A stretch of 64,000 nt of DNA, taken from assembly GCA_018062705.1 (NCBI GenBank), contig JAGORQ010000002.1, positions 7,450-71,449 of the forward strand, written 5' to 3'. The notes under the pieces were generated by a model. That model worked only from the letters and a program-made list of their open reading frames with translations, ran no database searches and was not told where the DNA came from. The stretch is from Candidatus Shapirobacteria bacterium. GTDB lineage: Bacteria; Patescibacteriota; Microgenomatia; UBA12405. Below, in pieces: positions 55,848-64,000 of this stretch (position 1 is its first letter; each line of letters opens with the position of its first letter). Position numbers and translations under genes: made by a program.

Positions 55848-56807
55848 ATGCTCATCGACGAAGCCAAAATTAATGTCAAAGCTGGTGATGGTGGCGACGG
55901 TATCGTCCACTTCTACCGCGACCGCTGGCGACCCAAGGGTGGCCCCGACGGTGGTGACGGTGGCAAGGGTGGCGATGTGTATTTTCAGGCCGTCTCCGAT
56001 ATCAGTAAACTTCATCAATTTCGTCACGCCCACAAATTTCAAGCCGAACGTGGCGTCAACGGCGGTGGCAATCAATGTTCAGGTAAAAACGGCGTTGACT
56101 TAATCCTTGAAGTTCCAGTTGGCACTATAGTCGAATACGATAATGGTACTAGCCTTGAATTTACTACTGTTGGCCAGACAGAGATGATCGCTCGGGGTGG
56201 CAAAGGTGGCGTGGGTAATTATCGTTTTCGTTCGGCCACCAATCAAACTCCTGAAGAGAAAACCATGGGCTACAAGACCGTCTGGCGGGCGCTTCATTTA
56301 AAGCTAAAACTAATTGCCGATATTGGTTTAATTGGCTTGCCGAATGCCGGCAAAACCTCTCTTCTCAACGAGATCACCGCCGCTCATGCACCAGTAGCCA
56401 ATTACGCCTTTACCACCCTTGAGCCAAATTTGGGTGTTACCTTGGGCAACTTAATTTTAGCCGATGTCCCCGGATTAATTGAAGGTGCATCCGAGGGCAA
56501 AGGTCTGGGCACACGCTTTTTACGCCATATCGAGCGTACCCGGCTATTAGTTCATTGTATTTCCGCCGAGTCTACCGATCCCAAAAAAGATTATCAAACC
56601 ATTCGGACCGAGCTCACCAATTACAGCACTAAATTAGCCACCAAACCAGAAATAGTAATTGTCACCAAATCTGATTTAATCGAGCCAAAAGCACTGGTAA
56701 AATTTATCAAATCAGTCAAAGCCTCTCTCGCTGTTTCTATTATCGACGACAAATCCCTCAAAGACTTCAACGACCTTTTATCAAAAAGTCTTATTCTTAA
56801 ATCTTAA
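55848..56807 (+). CDS. obg: GTPase Obg; C-terminus and stop supplied by an R5 repeat
   Basis: MLIDEAKINVKAGDGGDGIVHFYRDRWRPKGGPDGGDGGKGGDVYF; G1-G4 motifs. Confidence 0.9.
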   Translation: MLIDEAKINVKAGDGGDGIVHFYRDRWRPKGGPDGGDGGKGGDVYFQAVSDISKLHQFRHAHKFQAERGVNGGGNQCSGKNGVDLILEVPVGTIVEYDNGTSLEFTTVGQTEMIARGGKGGVGNYRFRSATNQTPEEKTMGYKTVWRALHLKLKLIADIGLIGLPNAGKTSLLNEITAAHAPVANYAFTTLEPNLGVTLGNLILADVPGLIEGASEGKGLGTRFLRHIERTRLLVHCISAESTDPKKDYQTIRTELTNYSTKLATKPEIVIVTKSDLIEPKALVKFIKSVKASLAVSIIDDKSLKDFNDLLSKSLILKS

Positions 56808-56825
56808 ATCTTATTTCTTAAATCT
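56788..56825. repeat. R5 repeat forming the last codons and stop of obg
   Basis: gtcttattcttaaatcttaaatcttatttcttaaatct. Confidence 0.7.
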
Positions 56826-56830
56826 GGTTT

Positions 56831-57259
56831 TTATGCCAGTGCCTTTTTCACTTTCTCCCAATCTTTCTTCAAGTACATAGCAATTTTGCTAACACTACCC
56901 TTGGCACTATCAAGTTCTGATTTGAACTCCGACACTACCTCATCGACCACTTTTCCGTATTTGTCTTTATCAATTTTTTCACCCGCAGTTTTAACTTGGG
57001 CCACTTTGCCAACTACCGAATTTTTAACCTCATTGTACTTTTGAGTTGCCTCGTCAGTCGCTTTACCAAACACATCCAATACTCTTTCCTTAGTTTCTTT
57101 AGTTTCAGTTTTAATTTTTTTACTCAACTCTTTAGCTAACATGGAAATTGCCTCACGTGTACTTTTACCCGATTGTGGCGCCAATAGTAATCCACCCAGT
57201 GCTCCCACCACTGCACCCAATAATCCAGCTACAAACATACTTCCTTTAGATTTTGACAT
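56831..57259 (-). CDS. YtxH-like (DUF948) membrane-anchored protein
   Basis: VAGLLGAVVGALGGLLLAPQSGKSTRE. Confidence 0.55.
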   Translation of the reverse strand: MSKSKGSMFVAGLLGAVVGALGGLLLAPQSGKSTREAISMLAKELSKKIKTETKETKERVLDVFGKATDEATQKYNEVKNSVVGKVAQVKTAGEKIDKDKYGKVVDEVVSEFKSELDSAKGSVSKIAMYLKKDWEKVKKALA

Positions 57260-57325
57260 TATATATATAAAAATTAACTACTCCAGTCTAATTGATTCCT
57301 CCGATACTGTCAATTCAAACAGAAT

Positions 57326-57377
57326 CCCTCTTTCTTCAAAGAGGGAAACTCCGACGCTAGTCGGAGAGGGAGATTTA
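57326..57377. repeat. R3-like double hairpin
   Basis: ccctctttcttcaaagagggaaactccgacgctagtcggagagggagattta. Confidence 0.6.
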
Positions 57378-57381
57378 GTCC

Positions 57382-58299
57382 TTATTTTTCTATATCTCTC
57401 TCCATCCAGTGAGCATCGGTCTTCACCGTCATTTCCAAAAACACTTTTCGAGAAGACATTAGCTCAAGTTCTTTTCGTGCATTAAAACCGATATCCCGAA
57501 TTTTTCGACCATCTTTACCGATAATCATTTTCTTGTAACGGTCAGCGGTAGTATAAATTGATGCCTTAATTACAATTATTTTTTTCTTGTCCTGAATTGC
57601 ATCCACCACCACGTTGACTGAGTAGGGGACTTCCCGGCGTAAATAGAGATAGGCTTTTTCTCGAATAATTTCAGCAATAAAGTCTTTTGAATCCATCCCC
57701 ATTTTTGGTTTATCCTTGTTTGTCATTATCTCGGCGTCATTTTCAATTTCTTCCTGTTTGGAATCGGGAAGCATTTCAAAAATCATTTTGATTAATCCTT
57801 TGACAAATTTCTCTTTCAGCGCACTAATCTCAATATAGCCATTAAATTCGTCTTCCAAATAGTTATAATCGGCACGGTGATTAGCTGGTCCTTCGGCTTG
57901 ATCAATTTTGTTGTACACCAGAATCTTTTTGGCGTTACTTTTGCGAATAATTCCCAATACTTTATTTTCCTCATCACTTTTTTCCCGAGACACATCCACC
58001 AGGCAAACTATAATATCCGCTCGGCTGGTTTCCTTTGGTGCTTCGGTGTTTACCCGCTTGCCAATCAAGTCAACCACTTTTCCGAGTACTCCGGGAGTGT
58101 CGGAGAAAATAATTGTTCCTCGCTCATCTTCAAACACCACCCGCTGATTTTTGCGGGTTGTTTGGGGTAGTGGTGAGGTTATCGCCACCTTTTGTTGCAT
58201 AATCGCGTTAAGCAAAGTTGATTTGCCGGTGTTGGGTCTACCCAAAATCACCACCCGTCCAAATTTTCGTATACTATCTGTAGTTGTATTTTTATCCAT
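57382..58299 (-). CDS. era: GTPase Era
   Basis: VVILGRPNTGKSTLLNAI, DTPG, NKID; C-terminal KH domain. Confidence 0.9.
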   Translation of the reverse strand: MDKNTTTDSIRKFGRVVILGRPNTGKSTLLNAIMQQKVAITSPLPQTTRKNQRVVFEDERGTIIFSDTPGVLGKVVDLIGKRVNTEAPKETSRADIIVCLVDVSREKSDEENKVLGIIRKSNAKKILVYNKIDQAEGPANHRADYNYLEDEFNGYIEISALKEKFVKGLIKMIFEMLPDSKQEEIENDAEIMTNKDKPKMGMDSKDFIAEIIREKAYLYLRREVPYSVNVVVDAIQDKKKIIVIKASIYTTADRYKKMIIGKDGRKIRDIGFNARKELELMSSRKVFLEMTVKTDAHWMERDIEK

Positions 58300-58321
58300 T
58301 AGTCATATTTTACCCTAAAAC

Positions 58322-58822
58322 ATGATTAAAAACATAATTAACCCAAATTCAGGTATATATCTAAATTATGATTATCTAATGCTCCCGGTCAGTCTAAATA
58401 TAATTTCAAAAATAAAAATCAGCAATCAGATGTTTTACTCAAAAAATGGTTATCACGTCAGCCTACTTTGTCTTGAAAAATATTCTAAATCAGACCAACA
58501 AAAAATACTTAATATAGCCAATAAATATCCAATAAAAATTAACAAAATATTAAAAATCTACCGCTTAGCCCAACTTGACAACCAAAAATCAATAATTGTT
58601 CGTGTCAAAGTTACTGGGTTGAAGAAATTATTATCTGAACTCAACACTCAATATAGTTATCATTTTTTATATCCACCAACACACACCACTTTGTTTACCC
58701 TAAGAAACCAAACTGGAATTGCAATTAATTCAAAACAAGAATTCCTTAATCTTACGTATTCAATTAATCAGACAGACTCACAAAAATTGGCAAAATCATT
58801 CAAAAATATTTTACATCTATAA
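58322..58822 (+). CDS. 2H phosphoesterase superfamily protein (LigT-like), putative
   Basis: Two H-x-[ST]-x motifs: YHVSLLC and THTTLFT. Confidence 0.45.
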   Translation: MIKNIINPNSGIYLNYDYLMLPVSLNIISKIKISNQMFYSKNGYHVSLLCLEKYSKSDQQKILNIANKYPIKINKILKIYRLAQLDNQKSIIVRVKVTGLKKLLSELNTQYSYHFLYPPTHTTLFTLRNQTGIAINSKQEFLNLTYSINQTDSQKLAKSFKNILHL

Positions 58823-58894
58823 ATTCTACTTGTTGTCACAAGTATCTGGTTGGCCCATCTGGCTTTGTACCTGGTGTAATGTCTGAGATTCCCC

Positions 58895-58922
58895 TGTAGA
58901 GACGGGGCACGCCCCGTCTCTT
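58895..58922. repeat. R4 hairpin ctgtagagacggggcacgccccgtctctt upstream of lon
   Basis: Same arms as 18601. Confidence 0.7.
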
Positions 58923-58979
58923 AAGTTGTTGTTAATTTAGTTCTTGCCACCTAGCAAACCACATGTTAGACTGCTAAAT

Positions 58980-61361
58980 ATGACTGAAAACCAACCACTC
59001 ATCGAGTCTCAAAACAATGAAGTTGCCTTGCAACCTGTCAAGAAAGTTTTACCATTAATTCCTCTCCGCAACCTGATCCTCTTCCCTTCAGTCGAGACCT
59101 CTCTTTTCTTTGGTCGCAAAGAATCGATGAATGCCCTGCTTCATGCCTACGACAACACCAATAAGTTAGTCATTATCACCACCCAAAAGAATTCCAAAAC
59201 CGAAAAGCCCGAGCTTTCCGATCTTTACACTGTCGGTGTCCTCGCCAAAATCGAACATATTCTTCATACCGATGGTTCACTTCACGCCATTGTTCGTGGT
59301 GTCTCTCGAGTCAATATCGTTAATTTAAATCAGACCGATCCTTTTTATACAGTCGAATTTGTTGATTTACCTATCATCCCCGAGTCAGTCACCGACATTC
59401 AACAAACCGCCCAGGCTCTCATGGATCAGCTCAAAAAAGCTTTTGCCATGGGTCGTCAATTCGATCTACCAGCCATGATGCAGTTATCTACTGGTGTTAG
59501 TAGTAGCGACCTAGCCGACCAAGTCTCTTTTTCGGTTGAAGCTAAATTAACCGAAAAACAGGCGATGTTGGAAATGCTTCTGGTCAGTCAGCGAATTAGA
59601 AGTTGTACCGAATTTTTGGTTCGGGAGATGAAAGTGGCCGAGCTCGAGCGCCAAATTGAAGACAAAACCCAAGAAAAATTCAATGTCAACATGAAGCGCA
59701 ATGTTTTAGAAGAGCGCAAACATCAAATCGAAAAAGAACTCAAAAAATTAGGTAATAGTGGTGGCAGTGATACCAACGATTTGGAGCGCAAAATCCGCAA
59801 ATCCAAGATGCCCAAAAGCATCAAGAAAAAAGTCTTAAAAGAGTTTCATCGGCTCGAAGAAATGGGCTCAATGTCCCCCGAATCTAGCTATATTCGCACT
59901 TATTTAGAAACGGTCTTAGAAATGCCCTGGGGCAAATATTCTCAATCAAAACTCAGTCTCAAACAAGCTGAAAAAGTCCTTGAAGACGAACATTACGGCC
60001 TCAAAGATGTCAAAGACAGAATTCTCGAATACCTTTCTGTTATCAAACTCAAAGAAAAAAACAAATCATCTGACACCGGCGCCACTGCCAACATTCTTTG
60101 TTTTATTGGTCCTCCGGGGGTTGGTAAAACCTCACTAGGTAAATCCATAGCCAGGTCTTTGGGTCGCGAATTTGTTCGTGCCTCTCTTGGTGGTATTCGG
60201 GATGAAGCCGAAATCCGCGGTCACCGTCGCACCTACGTCGGTGCCATGCCTGGTCGAATCGTCAAAGGTCTCAAAGACGCCAAATCGATGAATCCAGTGT
60301 TTATGCTAGATGAAGTCGACAAAATTGGCGCCGATTATCGGGGTGACCCGTCCGCCGCCCTGTTGGAAACGCTCGATCCCGAGCAAAACCGCGAATTTGC
60401 CGATCATTACCTTGATTTTCCCCTAGATTTATCCAAAGTCTTTTTTATTCTCACTGGCAACGAAGTTAGCACAATTCCCTATGCACTCCGCGACCGGCTA
60501 GAAATTATCAACTTTAGCGGTTACACCCAAGAAGAAAAATTCCACATCGCCAAAAAATATTTGGTCGGCAAAGAATTGGTCGCCAACGGTCTCAGCCCCA
60601 AGCATATCAAAGAAATCAAAGACGACACACTTCGCTTTATCATCGACAAATACACCCGTGAAGCTGGTGTCCGTACTCTCGATCGCACTATTGCCACCTT
60701 GTTTCGCAAGGTAGCCAAACAAATAGTTGCTGGTAAATCAAAAGTAGTTGATTTAAACGATATTAAAATAATCAAAAAATTCCTCGGACCCGAAAAATTT
60801 TCTTCCCAACTTAAGGGTAAAAAAGATGAAGTCGGTGTTAGTACTGGCCTAGCTTGGACTAGTGTTGGTGGTGATATTTTATTTATCGAAGTCAACATTA
60901 TGCCTGGAAAAGGTTCTCTCATACTCACCGGAAAACTCGGTTCGGTAATGAAGGAATCCTGTCAAGCTGCGGTGTCTTTTGTTAGATCTCAGGCAAAAGA
61001 ATGGGGGATTAAACAAGATTTTCACAAAATTGATATTCATATTCATGTTCCCGAGGGTGCTACCCCCAAGGATGGTCCCAGCGCCGGCGGTGCTATCACC
61101 ACAGCGCTAGTTTCTGCGCTCAAGGAGGTGCCGATGCCTCGTGATATTGGTATGACTGGTGAAATTACTCTTCGGGGAAATATCTTAGAAATTGGCGGGC
61201 TCAAAGAAAAATCAATTGCCGCTCATCGGGCTGGTCTTCGGACAGTTTTTATCCCCAAGGATAATCAAAAATCTTTAGTTGATGTCCCCTCCGAAGTCAA
61301 AAAAGCCATCAAATTCATCCCCGTCGAACACTACAGCGAAATTTACAAAAAGATTTTTTAA
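58980..61361 (+). CDS. lon: ATP-dependent protease Lon
   Basis: GPPGVGKTSLGKSIA, catalytic PKDGPSAG; ATG 58980 (MTENQ) is preferred over the track 58944. Confidence 0.9.
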   Translation: MTENQPLIESQNNEVALQPVKKVLPLIPLRNLILFPSVETSLFFGRKESMNALLHAYDNTNKLVIITTQKNSKTEKPELSDLYTVGVLAKIEHILHTDGSLHAIVRGVSRVNIVNLNQTDPFYTVEFVDLPIIPESVTDIQQTAQALMDQLKKAFAMGRQFDLPAMMQLSTGVSSSDLADQVSFSVEAKLTEKQAMLEMLLVSQRIRSCTEFLVREMKVAELERQIEDKTQEKFNVNMKRNVLEERKHQIEKELKKLGNSGGSDTNDLERKIRKSKMPKSIKKKVLKEFHRLEEMGSMSPESSYIRTYLETVLEMPWGKYSQSKLSLKQAEKVLEDEHYGLKDVKDRILEYLSVIKLKEKNKSSDTGATANILCFIGPPGVGKTSLGKSIARSLGREFVRASLGGIRDEAEIRGHRRTYVGAMPGRIVKGLKDAKSMNPVFMLDEVDKIGADYRGDPSAALLETLDPEQNREFADHYLDFPLDLSKVFFILTGNEVSTIPYALRDRLEIINFSGYTQEEKFHIAKKYLVGKELVANGLSPKHIKEIKDDTLRFIIDKYTREAGVRTLDRTIATLFRKVAKQIVAGKSKVVDLNDIKIIKKFLGPEKFSSQLKGKKDEVGVSTGLAWTSVGGDILFIEVNIMPGKGSLILTGKLGSVMKESCQAAVSFVRSQAKEWGIKQDFHKIDIHIHVPEGATPKDGPSAGGAITTALVSALKEVPMPRDIGMTGEITLRGNILEIGGLKEKSIAAHRAGLRTVFIPKDNQKSLVDVPSEVKKAIKFIPVEHYSEIYKKIF

Positions 61362-62458
61362 CGTAAAGTAGGGGCTCGACTAGCTCGAGCCCGACCAGTG
61401 GTGTCTCTTTGAGTTGATAAAGAAGATATCCCCACCGCCAAATAAAAAAACAAATACTCGTTAATATTCACCACATTTACTGCCGAAATAAACAAGAAAC
61501 CAACTAAACAAAGCAGGGCATTTACCTGTCTTGCCCTATACAATCTCAAAAGCGCTTCAGCACACAACCAGGCATAAATAACCATTGCCGGCACTCCGCC
61601 AGCCACACCCATTTCCAGCCATTCGTTATGAGCCTTGTCCACTCGAATATTTTTCAAGTCAAAGTCATTTTGTTTCAAAGTTGAACCAAATGCTACCTCA
61701 AAATTTTCTACTCCCCAGCCAAAAACTGGCTTTTTGGCTATAGCCTCGATGCCCCTTTGCCAAATTACACCTCTTTGGTCAAAGCTGGAAACTTCTCTTT
61801 TAGGGTAAATCAAAATTCCGGAAATCAAACAGAATACTCCAGCCAACACCAGCAATCTTCTATTCAATACTCTTTGCCATAGCTTTACAGCAATTATCAT
61901 CCCAAATGCGATTAAAGCTGATCGTGAGCCGGTCAGCCAAATTCCACCACCAATTATCCCCAACAGCCACCAATTATTAATAAAAGGCGATGTTAAGGCC
62001 AAATAGCCTCCTGCAAAATTAGGATTACCCAAAAAACCAGCTACCCGGCCATCAGCACCAGCGAATTTCTGGAAAAATATCAACAAGGTCACCAAGCTAG
62101 CCCCCACTGTCATAATTGTACCTAGTTTTTCCAAAATTTTATTCCTATTTAGCTTTGCTACCAACCAGTACCAACCCAAATAACCTACCATAGTAATTAA
62201 ACCTTGATACCTGTAATATTGCCCAAAAAAACTGTTTGGATTTCCATTAACCAATGAGCAGATAAGTAACCAGCCTAACATTATCAAGATTAACTTATCT
62301 AGTTTAGTAAAACTCTTGACAGACCTATAATAATATGGTATAACTAACCCAATTACAAACAAAAACAACAGAATTTTTGGCAGTTCAAATTTATCATAAA
62401 ATCCGCTCCAAAATACCTGTGGCAAAATTATGAACAAAAAAGTTGTTAGCCAAACCAT
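61358..62458 (-). CDS. O-antigen ligase (Wzy_C)-like polytopic membrane protein
   Basis: ...WLTGSRSALIAFGMIIAV...; the track ORF extends to 62794, but its N-terminal 112 aa (VGV repeats) are the shadow of the opposite PT-linker gene, so the start at 62458 is inferred. Confidence 0.55.
   Translation of the reverse strand: MVWLTTFLFIILPQVFWSGFYDKFELPKILLFLFVIGLVIPYYYRSVKSFTKLDKLILIMLGWLLICSLVNGNPNSFFGQYYRYQGLITMVGYLGWYWLVAKLNRNKILEKLGTIMTVGASLVTLLIFFQKFAGADGRVAGFLGNPNFAGGYLALTSPFINNWWLLGIIGGGIWLTGSRSALIAFGMIIAVKLWQRVLNRRLLVLAGVFCLISGILIYPKREVSSFDQRGVIWQRGIEAIAKKPVFGWGVENFEVAFGSTLKQNDFDLKNIRVDKAHNEWLEMGVAGGVPAMVIYAWLCAEALLRLYRARQVNALLCLVGFLFISAVNVVNINEYLFFYLAVGISSLSTQRDTTGRARASRAPTLR
61363..61392. 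repeat. R2 hairpin after lon stop
   Basis: gtaaagtaggggctcgactagctcgagccc. Confidence 0.8.
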
Positions 62459-62906
62459 CTTCTTTTTATTATTCTCTTTTATTGCTCCACTATCAATCAT
62501 TAGCCACACTTGGAATGTAAATGCTGTTAGTCCATTAACCTCACCAATTACCCCACCCACTACACCTTTTCCCACACTACCTTTAACTCCTCCATTAACT
62601 TCGCCAGTTACGCCTACTATTATCCCGACGATTATCCCAACCACCACACCTACACTTATACCCACCAATACTCCAACAAATAGACCTACAAATACCCCAA
62701 CCGTTACTCCAACAAATAAGCCAATCTGCAAGACCGGCGTCAATAGTTTTGCCGTCTCTGGGTATTGCAAAAAGGGATTGGCTAGCTCAGTCAAATTTAC
62801 CTGCTACGATGGCTATACTAAATCTGTCAAAGGTGTTTGCGCTCCAGTTTCCAGTTGGAAAATGCTCGTCACTCTAACTTGCATGAATCACAAAGTCTGT
62901 CGCTAA
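62430..62906 (+). CDS. secreted PT-linker protein with C-terminal Cys-rich domain
   Basis: Signal peptide, [23 protein letters not shown], then CKTG...C...C...C. Confidence 0.55.
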   Translation: MNKKVVSQTIFFLLFSFIAPLSIISHTWNVNAVSPLTSPITPPTTPFPTLPLTPPLTSPVTPTIIPTIIPTTTPTLIPTNTPTNRPTNTPTVTPTNKPICKTGVNSFAVSGYCKKGLASSVKFTCYDGYTKSVKGVCAPVSSWKMLVTLTCMNHKVCR

Positions 62907-62920
62907 AAAACTGTAGTGAA

Positions 62921-62950
62921 GTAAAGTAGGGGCTCGACTTGCTCGAGCCC
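62921..62950. repeat. R2 hairpin between convergent genes
   Basis: gtaaagtaggggctcgacttgctcgagccc. Confidence 0.8.
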
Positions 62951-62954
62951 GCTA

Positions 62955-64000
62955 TTACATTCGTTCGAGTGTTTTTATTCCTAGTAGTTCCAATCCCACT
63001 TTAATGGTACTGGCAGTAGTTTTAGTCAAAAATATTCGCCAGGTTTCTTCTTTTTCATCAATTATTCGATGTTTGGCGTAAAATTCGTTGTATTTCCTAC
63101 TAAGTGTTAACAAATACTCAGCAATTACCGCTGGATTAAATCTCTCTGATGCTTCAACAATCTTTTCTTCAAATTTATAAAACTCTCGTAGTAGTGCCAT
63201 TTCCTCATCATTAACTACCGATGGTGCTTCTTCGATGTTTTTTTGCTCCTGAATTTTAGTTTTACCAAGGACACTTTGGCATCGAGCATAGGTGTACTGC
63301 AAATAAGGTCCACTGTTACCCTCCATACTCATCACTTTGTCCCAGTCAAAAATAATATCCTTAGTCGGATCCTGGGCTAAATCATTAAATTTAATCGCTC
63401 CAATTGCCACTGTTTCAACTTCATCATGACTATTTTCTGGTGCCATTTTCTTGGCCTGTTCCATGGCTGTTTCAATTACGTCAGCCAAATGAATGGTGTC
63501 ACCTTTTCGGGTTGAAAATTTCCCCTCTTTCCACCTAATTAATCCGTGGCCAATATGTTTGTAGCCATCTTTAGGTTCCCAGCCAACCAGTTTTGCCGAC
63601 TCAAAAAGTTGTTGAAAATACAGCTTTTGTTCCGAGCCAACTTCATAAATTATCAAATCCGGATTCCAGGTCTCCATCCGGTATTTAATTGTCGCCAAAT
63701 CTCGAGTCAAATAGTTGGTGGCACCATCAGACTTCAACAAAATTGCTGGTGGAAGTTTGTCAAACTCAACTAACCACGTGCCTTCGCTTTCTTTTACCAA
63801 CTTTTTGTTTTTAAATAACTCCACAATTCCCGGTAGCATTTTTTCATAAAACGACTCTCCCAAAGCATTATCAATTTTTACATCCAACAGTTCATACACA
63901 CGGTTAAACTCTTTTAGAGAAATATCCACACATTTTTGCCAAATCTCCCGCGCCTCAGGATCACCTTTTTCTAGTTTAGCAAACCACTCTCTGGCCTCAT
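62955..64000 (-). CDS. argS: arginine--tRNA ligase, C-terminal part (5' end outside window)
   Basis: LKSDGATNYLTRDLATIKYR; the frame stays open to position 64000. Confidence 0.85.
   Translation of the reverse strand, partial: EAREWFAKLEKGDPEAREIWQKCVDISLKEFNRVYELLDVKIDNALGESFYEKMLPGIVELFKNKKLVKESEGTWLVEFDKLPPAILLKSDGATNYLTRDLATIKYRMETWNPDLIIYEVGSEQKLYFQQLFESAKLVGWEPKDGYKHIGHGLIRWKEGKFSTRKGDTIHLADVIETAMEQAKKMAPENSHDEVETVAIGAIKFNDLAQDPTKDIIFDWDKVMSMEGNSGPYLQYTYARCQSVLGKTKIQEQKNIEEAPSVVNDEEMALLREFYKFEEKIVEASERFNPAVIAEYLLTLSRKYNEFYAKHRIIDEKEETWRIFLTKTTASTIKVGLELLGIKTLERM

Noticed and set aside
520-62950. Possibility that the dispersed repeats form a CRISPR array
   Set aside because: Copies are not regularly spaced with unique spacers, lengths and sequences vary between families, copies lie inside genes, and no cas genes are present.
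1-64000. rRNA genes or additional tRNAs
   Set aside because: No rRNA-like conserved segments were seen. The only GGTTCGAATCC T-loop found by eye belongs to tRNA-Gln at 42168.

Overview
This window looks like a small-genome, CPR/Patescibacteria-like bacterium. Everything here is read by eye from the sequence and the supplied ORF track. No database search or folding was run.

Layout:
- 1-14.2 kb: an S10-spc-alpha ribosomal superoperon (L2, S19, L22, S3, L16, L29, S17, L14, L24, L5, S14, S8, L6, L18, S5, L15, SecY, Adk, IF1, L36, S13, S11, S4, RpoA, L17, L13, S9). L30 and map are absent. The ribosomal genes lack Shine-Dalgarno sequences.
- Within that operon sit nine copies of a 60-115 bp AT-rich composite inverted-repeat element, each in a stop-to-start gap.
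- 14.3-17.3 kb: uppP, then two adjacent transcription units (a membrane protein and a PT-linker lipoprotein). Each has a sigma70-like promoter, about 130 nt of paralogous structured leader with compensatory stem changes, and a paralogous long palindromic terminator.
- 18.6-20.1 kb: gltX.
- 20.2-31.3 kb: a cell-surface polysaccharide island (LTD protein, VanZ, two QxxRW GT2 synthases, one with LysM, a 1089-aa protein with three CBM-like and two CE4 domains, three GH26-like proteins).
- 31.4-42.1 kb: collagen-like protein, CAP/YkwD protein, trmD with an in-frame hairpin-repeat insertion, GT2-GtrA fusion, NADAR, YbaK-like, LCP, a secreted protein, SNase.
- 42.2-48.4 kb: tRNA-Gln(CTG) followed by an AT-rich integrated element (large serine recombinase overlapping the tRNA 3' part, candidate type II R-M pair with a small HTH/Xis-like gene overlapping the methylase start, Rep_trans-like protein, SpoVG-like protein).
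- 48.5-64.0 kb: housekeeping genes (Ldh_2, GNAT, ADH, MBL, RRM protein, dus, trxA, rlmN, obg, era, lon, argS partial).

At least six families of short GC-rich hairpin repeats are dispersed through the window. Several copies lie in frame inside essential genes (rplV, rlmN, dus, LCP, trmD, obg C-terminus).
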